Source of the DNA: Octopus sinensis
Lineage: Eukaryota
Assembly: GCF_006345805.1 (NCBI RefSeq)
Contig: NC_043008.1
Span: 33,108,001-33,172,000 of the forward strand
DNA length: 64,000 nucleotides
Reading direction: 5' to 3'
The notes under the pieces are model-generated. The model was not told the DNA's origin and searched no databases. It worked only from the letters and a program-made list of their open reading frames with translations. Of this stretch, positions 1-11,240 are shown piece by piece. Every line of letters starts with the position of its first letter. Positions within the stretch are counted from its first letter, which is position 1. The position numbers and the translations under genes are program-made.

Positions 1-142
1 CTAGTATCAAGATAACCCCACCCTTCTCTCTGATTGCATATGTTGCCTTCTTTTACTTAGTTCATGATTTTAATTTGTGCTAGCTTGACTGTTTTAGCAG
101 TTATCAGCAATATATTAACATTTTAATTAACACGATGGAACA

Positions 143-298
143 GGTGCAGGAATGTTGCGTCGTAAAACGTTTGCTTCTCAACAACTTGGTTTCAGATTCA
201 GTCCCACTGTGTGGTGCCCTGGGCAAGTGTCTTCTACTATAGTGGTGACCTAAGCCATGTGAGTGAATTTGCTAGGTAGAAACTGATAGAAATCCATC
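143..298 (+). mobile_element. tRNA-derived SINE, 5' fragment
   Basis: ggtttcagattcagtcccactgtgtggtgccctgggcaagtgtcttctactatag, shared with the full copies at 19.7, 30.1 and 53.2 kb. Confidence 0.75.
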
Positions 299-299
299 C

Positions 300-358
<59 letters not shown>

Positions 359-404
359 ATATATAGATATATATATATATACATATATATACACACACAC
401 ACAT

Positions 405-611
405 AACTCGTAAACACCAGTCGTCTTTTTTCTCTTTCCCTGTTGCCCGCTCTGGGATCTTTCTTTCTCTCTCTTCCTTCTTTATGTTTCCGACGAAGAG
501 TCCGCTCGAAACGTCATACCTCCCTGCTTCCATCTCCTGAGCGCCTATTAATAATAATACTGTAATTGTCCTGTTGTTGTTGTTTTTTTTGTTTCCCTTT
601 TGGATTAAAAT

Positions 612-612
<1 letters not shown>
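405..612 (+). mobile_element. Penelope-like element terminus with minimal hammerhead-like motif, between (TA)n tracts
   Basis: CCGACGA-A-GAG(TCCG)CTC-GAAAC-GTC at 490-515; pyrimidine-rich flanks; flanked by TA microsatellites. Confidence 0.55.
486..519 (+). ncRNA. Minimal type I hammerhead ribozyme-like motif (U4C variant, weak helix I)
   Basis: Core CCGACGA, helix II GAG/CTC, GAAA, palindromic ACGT helix III, GUC triplet. Confidence 0.55.
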
Positions 613-649
<37 letters not shown>

Positions 650-918
650 ATGTATATATATATATATATGTAAAGGGCTAAACAATAAGATGCACTGACA
701 CACTTTATAACTGAATTTACTCTATCTCATGTAGTAGCTATACTAGCCAACAAGGGATACTCACAGATAGGATGTCTTTTTTCACAGTTCTGCTTGACTA
801 AATCTATCTTGGGGCTAAAGGACAATAAGAACAACAACTGACTATCTACAGGTCTTACTCTGGCTCAATCAGGACTGGTCCTGGGTTAAACAACAATAAT
901 AACAGCTCCATCCGAGCA

Positions 919-1770
919 GGATCACTGCCAGAGCAGCTGTATGGCTTCCGTGCCAGTGGCATGTAAAAAGCACCATTTGAGCATGATTGTTACCAGCGTA
1001 GCCTTATTGCATGTGAACAAAACATTCAAGCGAGGTCGTTGCCAGTGCCACTGGACTGACTCCCGTGCTGGTGGCACATAAAAAACACCATTTGAGTGTG
1101 GCCGTTGCCAGTACCACCAGACTGGCCCTCGTGCCGGTAGCACATAAAAGCACCCACTACACTCTCGAAGTGGTTGGCGTTAGGAATGGCATCCAGCTGT
1201 AGAAACTCTGTCATTTTGGCACAGCCATCTGGTTCGCCAGTCCTCAGTCAAATCGTCCAACCCATGCTAGCATAGAAAGCAGATGTTAAGTGATGATGAT
1301 GATGATGAATAGTGAATTCGAAATTAAACCAGATTCGATGACTGGCACCTGTGCCAGTGGAGCACTAACAGCTCCATCTGAGTGGTATCACTGCAGGAGC
1401 AGCCGTATGGCTTCCGTGCTGGTGGCACGTAAAAAGCATCATTTGAGCGTGATCGTTACCAGCGTCGCCTTAGTGACATGTGAACAAAACATTTGAGCAA
1501 GGTCGTTGCCAGTGCTGCTGGACTGACGCCTGTGCAGGTGGCACATAAAAAACACTATTTTGAGCGTGGCCGTTGCCAGTACCGCCAGACTGGCCTTGTA
1601 CCGGTGGCACATAAAAGCACCCACTACACTCTCAAAGTGGTTGGCGTTAGGAATGGCATCCAGCTGTAGAAACTCTGCCATTTTGGCGCAGCCATCTGGT
1701 TCGCCAGTCCTCAGTCAAATCGTCCAACCCATGCTAGCATAGAAAGCCGATGTTAGATGATGATGATGAA
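919..1770 (+). mobile_element. Two tandem copies of the RTE-LINE-type 3' tail ending in (GAT)n
   Basis: About 919-1308 and 1368-1770 are near-identical; both carry gtggcacataaaagcacc modules, ggttggcgttaggaatggcatccagctgtagaaac and a (GAT)n end, as in the LINE at 8.9-10.5 kb. Confidence 0.8.
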
Positions 1771-1810
1771 TAACAAGGTGATGAGGGAAAACTCAAAAAT
1801 AATACATTAC

Positions 1811-2456
1811 CTTGAGTAGATTTGCTGTCTTTAGTATGCAGGAATTTAGTAGCCGCTTCAAAGATACAACGAACCGGCAGAGTAAATGGCTTTCCCAAGA
1901 AATATCCATGGGTCATAAATTGCAATGAGGATACCTTTCTCTTATGAAACAGGTTTTCCATCAAAGATTCTTTGTAAGTCATTAAATAAACTTGACAGGT
2001 GCAAAGATCACAATCTGAAAAAGTTGCTTGAAGCTGGTTAGTTTTATTAGAAATTTTTCTCCAGTATTGAAAAGATGGCCGAGAAATATCTTCCATAATG
2101 ACTGCATCTTGCAACGAAAATTGCAGATATTTAACCAGTCTGAATTTTGAGCTGTCTAATAAGCTCAAAGTGGTTTCAGTTTTGTTAATGCCAGTAGAAT
2201 TATTTATGAATACTTCCAAAACTAATTGGAAACAGTCCAGAGCAATCAATTTTCCTAGACACCAAGTGTGCAAATAAGGACATGAGAAGTTAAACGTTTC
2301 ATCATTTCTCTTAATTACGCAATTTCCGGAACAACGGTGATGATATGATGTTTGATTGAAAGTCCAAAACTGGCAGACCGCATTGATGCTGTGGAATTGG
2401 TCAGTGAAGCAAAGATGGCCAGTGTCTGGGTTTAATGATAAATAACCAACAAGCAC
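1811..2456 (-). CDS. CTC1: CTC1 exon 16 (646 nt, phase 0-1); gene continues beyond the left edge of the window
   Basis: ttttatttttcag|GTG ... CAA G|gtaatg. VLVGYLSLNPDTGHLCFTDQ, LIALDCFQLVLE, YLQFSLQDAVIM, VYLMTYKESLM and LQFMTHGYFLG match in order recalled human [55 protein letters not shown] and LSFYVLGSWLG. Confidence 0.92.
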
Positions 2457-2839
2457 CTGAAAAATAAAAATCAAACAAATAAACATAGAAACCAAACCAT
2501 CAAAAATCAAACATAAAACTATTTAGGTTAACCCCCTTTGATATCATATTTTTGTTAGTGAAATACACTAAATTTGCTTCAAATAATTTTAAATATAATG
2601 AAGAATGTAGTAAAATAGCTTTGTCATTATTAGACTGGTGTTAGGAGTTTAAATTAACATGAAATATTGATAGAAGATTTTAATTGCTGTAATTTTAAAA
2701 CAGGAAGATTGTATCATAAAATCAGAGGTGGTCTTAGATGGAGTGGTACCAAAAGGGTTAAATCAATAATTGGAATGAAGATGATTACAAGTGATATTGT
2801 AAATTATAGGGTTTTCTACTAAAGAATTCACAAGAATAG

Positions 2840-3027
2840 GTTCAAGTCTGGCTGTGTAGTAAGAAATTTGCTTCCCAGACACATGGTTCTGGGTTCAGTC
2901 CCACAGTATAGCACCTTGGGCAAGTGTTTTCTGTTATATAGCACGGGCTGACCAAAGTGTTATGAGTGGATTTTGCAGATGGAAACTGAAAGAAGCCTAT
3001 ACTATACATATATATACTACATATATA

Positions 3028-3061
<34 letters not shown>

Positions 3062-3250
3062 TTGACAATCAGTGTTGATGTTCTTATACGCCCATAACCT
3101 AGTGGTTCAGCAAAAGACACCAATAGAATATGTACAAGGTTTTTAAAAAAATAAACAGTGGGGTCGATTCATTCATTTGACTAAGTTTTTCAAGTCTGTG
3201 CCCCAGTATGGCCACAGTCTAATGACTGAAACAAGCAACAGGAAAAAGGA
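2840..3250 (+). mobile_element. tRNA-derived SINE, diverged full-length copy
   Basis: Head ctggctgtgtagtaagaaatttgc, internal (TA)n, tail ccagtatggccacagtctaatgactgaaacaag. Confidence 0.7.
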
Positions 3251-3429
3251 TACTTACTTGACTTCTCAAAGAATATTCTCCAAAGACAAAATATCTACTT
3301 CTGATTGCTGCTGTTGCTATTTAACCCCAGGTCAGCCTTGACTAAGGAAACTCATAATGAAAAGCAATGCACCCATAACAATCCCATTCTATATAAAACA
3401 ACCCTGTCCTAACCATTGCATCTTTACCA

Positions 3430-3934
3430 CAGTGGTTCTCAGCCAGGATCCATATGACCCCTAAAGATCTATATAAGATTTCTGGGGGTCCATCATCATC
3501 ATTTAGCATCTGCTTTCCATGCTGACATTGGTTAGATGGTTTGACTGAAGCTGGTAAGGATCCAGTCTGATTTGGCATGGTTTCTACAGCTGAATGCCCT
3601 TCCTAATGCCAACCACCTCCAAGAGTGTAATGGGTGCTTTTTACATGCAACCAGCACAGGTGCCAGTTATGTGACTCCAACATCTGCCATGGTCTACAGT
3701 AGTATTTTAATGGTCCATGAAAAAATTGTTCTTTAGATGTATTTGTTGCAAGAAACAGCTAGTTTTCTTACTCTAACCTTTTACATAGTTTAACATGTTT
3801 CCAGCCACTGATTCAGAATTTTGAAAGAATTATCTGTAATATTAGTTTTTAAACATCAAAGAACTGTTAGGGTCCACCAGAATAAGGTAGTAACAAAATG
3901 GGGTCCAGTGACAATAAATAGTTGAGAACCACTG
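3430..3934. mobile_element. hAT (Charlie-like) non-autonomous element with nested LINE-tail insertion (about 3492-3690)
   Basis: Terminal inverted repeats cagtggttctc / gagaaccactg; no 8-bp TSD seen. Confidence 0.6.
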
Positions 3935-4468
3935 CACTAAATGGTTGGTTGATCAATTAAAGATAGCAGTCAAACATCCTTCAAACGACACCCTACAGTC
4001 TTAGACACACTATATCTCAATAAAAGATGAAAATGGTTTGATTTCTGCCAAAATGCCTCTGACCATAGGCCTGCTCAGTCAGGGCTCCCCTGGGGCTAAA
4101 CAACAATAATCCTAACCATTCCACTCTAATCCACTCCAGCTAATCAGTACCATTCCATCCTTATATCACCCTAACTATTCCATCCCTACTGTACCACCCT
4201 CACTATTCCGCTCCTACTTCCCATCTCTTAAAATCCCACCCAGTCATGCTATCCTTCCCACCCTATGCGTTCCAACGTCTCAATAACATAATTTATCTAA
4301 ACTACTTGGTGCTTTTTTTGTACCGCCAGCACCAAAGGGGTTGCCAACAAACTTGCAAAACAGGAAAAAGAAAACAAAGAAAAAAGAATATGCCCCCACT
4401 ACTAAGTGGGTAAGAATATTCAAGGGGGAGAGGTGACTTTGATTAATTGATAAATTGTATAATTATAC

Positions 4469-4630
4469 TTTATCTGTGAATTTTCTTCTCCTAAACCTCC
4501 ATGAAGACAATAATGAAGATGAAAATTTATTCTTCTCCGTTTCAAAATCAGCAAGAATTCCTTGAGCAAGTGCTTCAAATTCTTTTCTGAGGTCCAATGG
4601 AACAAAAGTCCTTACATGAATGGTTTGTAC
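4469..4630 (-). CDS. CTC1: CTC1 exon 15 (162 nt, phase 0-0)
   Basis: tttcttgtaatttccag|GTA ... GAT AAA|gtataa (weak donor, forced by the in-frame TAA right after it); VQTIHVRTFVPLDLRKEF...SLLSSWRF. Confidence 0.82.
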
Positions 4631-4888
4631 CTGGAAATTACAAGAAATTTATTAGAAAAAATAAAATAAAAGTGAAACAGAGATGTAGCAAAATCATGGA
4701 CTTGTTGTTGGTTAGCCTTTGGTGAGCCATAATCTAGCACAGGCATCCCAGCCATGATGTCTATGCTAGACCAGTACTAGCTTGCAGACCATTTGGTACC
4801 AGGCTAGAGACCATTTGGTACTGAGTGAATTTTAAAATTTTATTTCTATTTTATTGACTATCACAGTCCACAATGAAGGGTTGCATTA

Positions 4889-5554
4889 TCTCTTATATAA
4901 AATCCGTTCTGTCTGTGTGTGTGTGTCTTCTCAGATCTCAGGCATCCTCCATCCGATTGCACTCAAATTTGATATGTAGATACCAACGGTTTCAGGACGT
5001 GTATAAGTCTTGAAAAAATTACAAAAATCAATACCAGATGAGAATGCGATCAATAAAGCCGTTTTTGTCCTGCTTTACTTCCGTCAACCTGCACCTTCCA
5101 TTTCTTGTTGTTTTTGCACTGCTTAAAGCCACATTTCTTTCCTGCTAAGCTTACTGTTTAAACCCTGTTTGTGTTCTCCCAGTCAACAGCCTTATCATTA
5201 CAGGAACTTTAAACTCTTCGGCTGCATATCTGTATGGATAAAATCGTTTTTCTTTGGAATAGAAAAAAAGTCTATCTTTATTTCTTCTTTTGCTAGTGTC
5301 TCAAATTTAGGTTAAATCAGTGTTTCTCAAAGGGGAGGTATATGGGACGGTCAGACAAGTTGTTTTGAGAAAATTTGGTTTAAATGTTTGACAACTCAGC
5401 ACCGTTCTATTGGACGGGGGGTGTTTTGCTCGTATATGTAATATATGTAATAATAGAGCATTTCTATTTGTTATCATCGCAAATATGAAATGAGAGCAGG
5501 TTTCGTTTTATCTGTTAGATAAAGTGATCATTCTGAGGTATAACTTTTTTCTAG
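4889..5554 (+). mobile_element. Non-autonomous Helitron-like element
   Basis: Starts a|TCtcttatataaaatccgttctgtctg(tg)n and has a candidate ...gtataactttttCTAG end; typical Helitron TC/CTAG termini. Confidence 0.5.
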
Positions 5555-6273
5555 GGTTCCTCATTAGATGGATATCAATCCTAAATCATAATATTCATCC
5601 ATATATGATTCAGAGATACCTTCAGTTTGTCCTTGAAGCAGAGCAGGGCCCTATCATTATAACTGGATAGTCCCACTTCACTGCACCATAAGTATTTTAT
5701 ACTATAGCACCAGGTGACTAATGTCTTGTGAGTGAATTTAGTTGATGGAAACTGTGGAAGCCCATCATATGTGTGTGTGTGTGTGTTTATTTGTTTGTCC
5801 CCACCTCACACTGCTTAACAACTGATGTTGTTTTGTTTCCCTGTAACTTAGCACTTTAACAAAAGAGATCAATAGAATAATTAGCAGACTTTAAAAATAA
5901 TTGGTCTATTTGTCTGACTAAACTCTTGAAGATGGTGCCCCAGCATGGCCACAGTCTGATGACAAAGCAAGAAAATGATAAACGATATAAGAATAGTTTG
6001 GATATTCTAGATTCATCCATAAATACTCATGATTAAAATGTGTTACTTTTTTAATCTTTCCAAGTTGCTTTGTCATGCATTTGTTACAGTTCAAGTTTAC
6101 TTGGAGCATCTCTGTATGGTTACTCAATCTGCTAAAACAGCAATCAAATCACAGTTTACTGTCATAAAATATTAAAGAAACTGAATATGTAATCAAGTAA
6201 AAAAAATATGCTGGAACACTTTTCATCATAGGTTTGTTCATTGATGACTAAACTGAGGTTACACTAAAACATC

Positions 6274-6330
<57 letters not shown>

Positions 6331-6832
6331 TCATCATCGTCGTCGTCGTCATTTAACACCCGCTTTCCATGCTGGCATGGGTTGGATGGTTTGACTGAGG
6401 ACTGGTAAGCCAGAGGGCTGTACCAGGCTCAATCTGATCTGGCAGATCTTTTGATTTTTTTTTTTCTTGAAGTGAAAGTTATTGAAGAGTAATAGCAGTG
6501 CAGGGATCAAACCACCTTGAAGTGATTTAACCTCAGGTTGAAATTTGGGTTGTTGCTTTCAAGAAAGATGAATTTTCAAGATAAATGAGTTAAAATTTTA
6601 AAAGGTTTGAAATTTAACAGTTACAAAATTTATGCTTCACTGATAAGGTGTAAATAATACCAGCACATGACAAGAGTTGTCTCCCATGCTTGCCAACAAA
6701 ATGAAAATTTTAACAGCTAATATTGTTTACCTTTATCATTATATAATTATTTCTAGTTTCTAATGCTATTAGTATTAACATTATTAATATGTTAACACTA
6801 ATTTAAAAGTGGTATAGAATTAAGCTACTTAC

Positions 6833-6980
6833 ACAGCTGACATCTTCCTTAGCAGAAGCTGGACAACAATGCTCATATTCAATAAACTCTTGTACAAACT
6901 GTCGTGACTTTACACATTTGCGTGCCTTCAAGACATGAGACAGAATTCTTTCCCAAGCTAATTCACGTTGTTCTGAAGAT
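6833..6980 (-). CDS. CTC1: CTC1 exon 14 (148 nt, phase 2-0)
   Basis: tatttcctgcatcttag|A TCT ... AGC TGT|gtaagt; SRQFVQEFIEYEHCCP resembles recalled VRNAYNEILEEPHHCP. Confidence 0.88.
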
Positions 6981-7294
6981 CTAAGATGCAGGAAATAGTA
7001 ACAAGACACAAAGAAAAAAACGTAAAAAGAAAGAGAAATTTACCAACATTTTCTAAAATGCAAAGAGAACAGAACAAAATTGTACAAACTTGAGATTATT
7101 TTCAGGTTACTAGCTTTTACCTCTATCTTTTACTTGTCTCAGACATTGGACTGTGGCCATGCTGGGGCATTGCCATTAAAGGTTTAGCTGAATAAACTGA
7201 ACCCAGTACTTATTTTTTAAGCCTGGTACTTATTTTATAGTTCTGTTTCTGTGGCAACAAGAGCAGCAGTGGGGGGTAACAGTTGTAGTAATGG

Positions 7295-7490
7295 GGATGG
7301 TGATAATGAAGATGATAATGAAGATGATGATGATGATGATGATGAAGGTGATGATGATGATGATGATGATGATGGTGGTGATGATGATGATGATGATGAT
7401 GACAATTATGATGATTGTGGCGACGATGATGATGATCACAATGATGATAATGATGATGACGAGGAGGAGGAGGTGGTGGTAATGATGGTC
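7295..7490. repeat. Imperfect (GAT)n/(GGT)n trinucleotide tract
   Basis: Visible directly; source of the poly-D, poly-M and poly-I ORFs. Confidence 0.95.
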
Positions 7491-8169
7491 ATTATCATAT
7501 TGATTAAATAGCTGAATAGATGAACATCCAGTAAAAACAAAAAAAAAATAATCGGAAAAATAAAACAGACTTCTGAAATCAAACAAAATGAAATGGTCTT
7601 AAAATAAATGAAATGCTACTTAAAAGCAAATCATCTACATTCATGGATAACTCAATGAATCAAGATGCATAGTGAATATCATATTGAGCATTTATTGCGA
7701 CTGGATCAGAGGTGAAGCACTCTCAAAAGCAGAAGGTGCCCATCTCACATCATCATCATTTATCATCTTATAATGTCCACTTTTCCATGCTTCCATGGGT
7801 CAGATGGAATTTGTGAAGGTAGATTTTTTACACAGATGCCCTTCCTGTTGGCCATCCTCACCTGTTTCCAAATAACCAGACGTATTTTTCATAGAAAACT
7901 AGAAACAAACAAAATTGGCTGTATGATGGTGATGGTCATTTACAACCATCACATGATGTCTAGACAAGGGTACACACAAACATATAATATTATATACACA
8001 TACAGACATATATATCATCATCATCATCATTTAACGTCTGCTTTCCATGCTGGCATCGGATGGACAGTTTGAATGAGGACTGGCAAACCAGGAGGCTGCA
8101 GCAGGCTCCAATCTGACCTGGTAAGGTTTCTATAGCTGGATGCCCTTCCTAATGCCAACCACTCATATA

Positions 8170-8227
<58 letters not shown>

Positions 8228-8237
<10 letters not shown>

Positions 8238-8789
8238 GGCTTAGTAAAATAAATTACTTTGCCGCATACTGAACTCATTAGAAATAGCAGCTAAAAAAAC
8301 TTTTTTAAAGCTATTTCTAATACTTAAAGAAAACCTCTCTCATATAGTGTTTGCTCAATTCAACTCACGAAAGTATGGGGGTAGAGACATTAAAAAATCA
8401 AATGCAAAGGTTATTTGAGAACGTACGTTTCAAGATTAGTCAAACTCGACATTTCTATCATCAGCTCAGAACTCCCTGGTTTGGATTTGAAAACACTGAA
8501 AGTGGGAGCATACCCTTTCAGCTTCTTATCGCTTCTGAAGATCTGCTCGAAACTAACAGTGCCAGCAAACTCAAAAATGCAGCGAAGAATTTCTGCTCTC
8601 CCCTTTCCACCAGCGTGGATTTTTTAATGTCTCTACCCCCATACTTTCGTGAGTTGAATTGAGCAAACACTATATGAGAGAGGTTTTCTTTAAGTATTAG
8701 AAATAGCTTTAAAAAAGTTTTTTTAGCTGCTATTTCTAATGAGTTCAGTATGCGGCAAAGTAATTTATTTTACTAAGCCCTTTTATATA
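8228..8789. mobile_element. Young fold-back element with 172-bp apparently perfect inverted arms (8228-8399 / 8618-8789) and an internal hammerhead-like motif
   Basis: Arms read as exact reverse complements by eye; TA-rich flanks; 218-bp interior. Either a MITE or a Penelope-like terminus with an inverted 5' copy. Confidence 0.85.
8416..8468 (-). ncRNA. Minimal type I hammerhead ribozyme-like motif with intact core
   Basis: TGAG-CTGATGA-T-AGA aat GTC(GAGTTT)GAC taa TCT-T-GAAAC-GTAC-GT-T-CTCA; helix I TGAG/CTCA, palindromic helix III ACGTACGT, GUU triplet; U.U instead of G-C at 10.1/11.1. Confidence 0.65.
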
Positions 8790-8909
8790 ATGTAATAATT
8801 TGAATTCGCCTTAATTGGTCCCTTTGCATACTGAATACTTGGTGAAATTGATTAATTAATTAATTTTACCCTCAATTGTTGAAATTATATATATATATAT
8901 ATATATATA

Positions 8910-10549
8910 GACAATCCACAATATCTTCAGGAAGATGGCCCTGCTCGATCTGTAGAAAAGGTGTAGGTAGAAACTCTATAAGATGTACCCAGTGTAAGCT
9001 ATGGACACATAAGAGGTGCAGCAATGTCAAAGGTAGGCTAACTGGGAAGATAGTTTTTGTATGTGGCAGATGCTCGGGAGCATTAACCTCCGAAAATCTG
9101 CAGAAAACAACTTCCGTCACTTTCCAGGGGGAAAAACTAGAAGTAGTTGATAGCTTCCGTTATCTAGGTGACCAAGTCAGTAGTGGGGGTGGGTGCGCTG
9201 AAAGTGTAACTGCTAGAATAAGAATAGCCTGGGCAAAGTTTAGGGAGCTCTTACCTCTGCTGGTGACTAAAGGCCTCTCGCTCAGAGTAAAAGGCAGACT
9301 GTATGATGCGTGTGTACGAACAGCCATGCTACATGGCAGCGAAACATGGGCTGTGACTGCTGAGGACATGCGTAAGCTCGTGAGAATGAAGCCAGTATGC
9401 TCCGATGGATGTGTAATGTCAGTGTACATACTCGACAGAGCGTTAGCACCTTGAGAGAAATGTTGTACCTAAGAAGCATCAGTTGTGGTGTGCAAGAGAG
9501 ACGATTGCGCTGATATGGTCATGTGGCGAGAATGGATGAAGATAGGTGTGTGAGAAAGTGCCAATCCCTAGCAGTTGAGGGAACCCGTGGAAGAGGTAGA
9601 CCCAGGAAAACCTGGGACGAGGTGGTGAAGCACGACCTTCGAACTTTAGGCCTCACTGAGGAAATGACCAGAGACCGAGACCTTTGGAAATATTCTGTAC
9701 GTGAGAAGACCAGGCAGGACAAGTGAGCCCAGCCCACTTATGAATGCCTTTCCTCCCTTGGACACAAAGACCGGTTGAGGCAAGCGAAGTCGATATAGAA
9801 CCTCATCCGACGACAGACACCCATCCCAACCCCCCATGCTTGCGAAGACATGTTGGGGCAAGCGAAATCGAAATCGAAATCGAAACCGAATTGAACCAGC
9901 CAGGATCCCTGGCCTGGTGGTACGTAAAAAGCACTATCCGACTCGGGGCCGTGGCACGTAAAATACTCCAATGCGACTGTACGACAGGCACCCATGCCAA
10001 CCCCCTTTGCTTGTGAAGACATGTTGGGGCAAGCGAAATCGAAACCGAATTGAACCAGCCAGGATCCCTGGTCTGGTGGTACGTAAAAAGCACTATCCGA
10101 CTCGTGGCCGTGGCACGTAAAATACTCCAATGCGACCGTACGACAGGCACCCTTGCCAACCCCCTTTGCTTGTGAAGACATGTTGGGGCAAGCGAAATCG
10201 AAATCGAATTGAACCAGCCAGGATCCCTGGTCTGGTGGTACGTAAAAAGCACTATCCGACTCGTGGCCGATGCCAGCACCGCCTCGACTGGCTTCCGTGC
10301 CGGTGGCACATAAAATACACCAATCTGACCGTGGCCGTTGCCAGCCCCGCCTGGCACCTGTGCAGGTGGCACGTAAAAAGCACCCACTACACTCACGGAG
10401 TGGTTGGCGTTAGGAAGGGCATCCAGCTGTAGAAACATTGCCAAATTAGACTGGAGCCTGGTGCAGCCTTCTGGCTTCCCAGAACCCCGGTCGAACCGTC
10501 CAACCCATGCTAGCATGGAGAACGGACGTTAAACGACGATGATGATGAT
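8910..10549 (+). mobile_element. 5'-truncated RTE-clade LINE: PHD-like finger, RT C-terminal region, modular 3' UTR, (GAT)n tail
   Basis: VVDSFRYLGDQ...ARIRIAWAKFRELLPLL...LHGSETW...RGRGRPRKTW are RTE ORF2 motifs; frameshift near 9385 and stop near 9510; CpG-rich, so young; inserted in (TA)n. Confidence 0.92.
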
Positions 10550-10562
10550 ATATATACATATA

Positions 10563-11206
10563 TACAGGGGGCGATTGAGTAGATTGTCACCATTTTATAT
10601 TTTTAATTTCATGCATGTGCATTGTTTGTTTTTGATTTTGTTGACTACACAGTATAGTAGGGTTAGTTGGGCACTGTCTGTGAGAAAAACAGCACCATGA
10701 CGCAATTCACTCTTCCAGAAATTTGGAAATGATATGCTGCACTGTTTGGCATTTGCACCAGAAGCTCCAATACAAACATTTCAGAGTATTTGGGTGTCAA
10801 TCTGAGGACATGTACCGAGACTGATAAAAATCAAACATCCAGTCAACATCATGGTGTTTGGAGTGATCACTAATGATGGTGACATTATGCTTCCATTTAT
10901 CTTCTCACACAGCCTCAGACTCAACACGGGGGCCAACATCAAATGCTTGGAGGAGGCAGTGCTCTCTTAGGTGAAAAGTGGCTACTGGAAGATCCTATGT
11001 CTGGCAACAGGATTCTGTACCATGCCACACAAGCAGGAGAACCCAGTCATGGATGTCAGATAATTTCTGCAATCACATCACCCCTAACATCTGGTGACCT
11101 AACTCCCCAGACTGCAACCCCACTTGATTCTTATGTGTGGTGTGCAGTTGAGTGAGAGACCAGCAAAATTCCTTGTAACACCAAAGATGAACTGAAAGCA
11201 AGGATT
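10563..11206 (+). mobile_element. maT (DD37D) Tc1/mariner-superfamily transposon, internally deleted and 3'-truncated
   Basis: TA-cagggg TIR start; IMVFGVIT...QQDSVPCH...SPDCNPLD with 37 residues between the two aspartates; same family as 51.5 kb. Confidence 0.82.
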
Positions 11207-11240
11207 ATATATATATATATTTATATACATATATACACAT

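Noticed and set aside
7230-7586. Poly-D, poly-M and poly-I ORFs (likewise 28312-28885, 30851-31405, 54693-54992)
   Set aside because: Trinucleotide microsatellites open in several frames, with no splice or homology support.
8535-8561. Second, plus-strand hammerhead (CTGAAGA...CTCGAAAC) that would make the 8.2 kb element ambisense or viroid-like
   Set aside because: No helix II or helix I pairing, and position 17 is G, which is not cleavable.
9811-10270. HDV-like ribozyme in the LINE 3' UTR units
   Set aside because: I could not fit the nested double-pseudoknot; RTE HDV-like ribozymes are expected at the 5' end, which is missing here.
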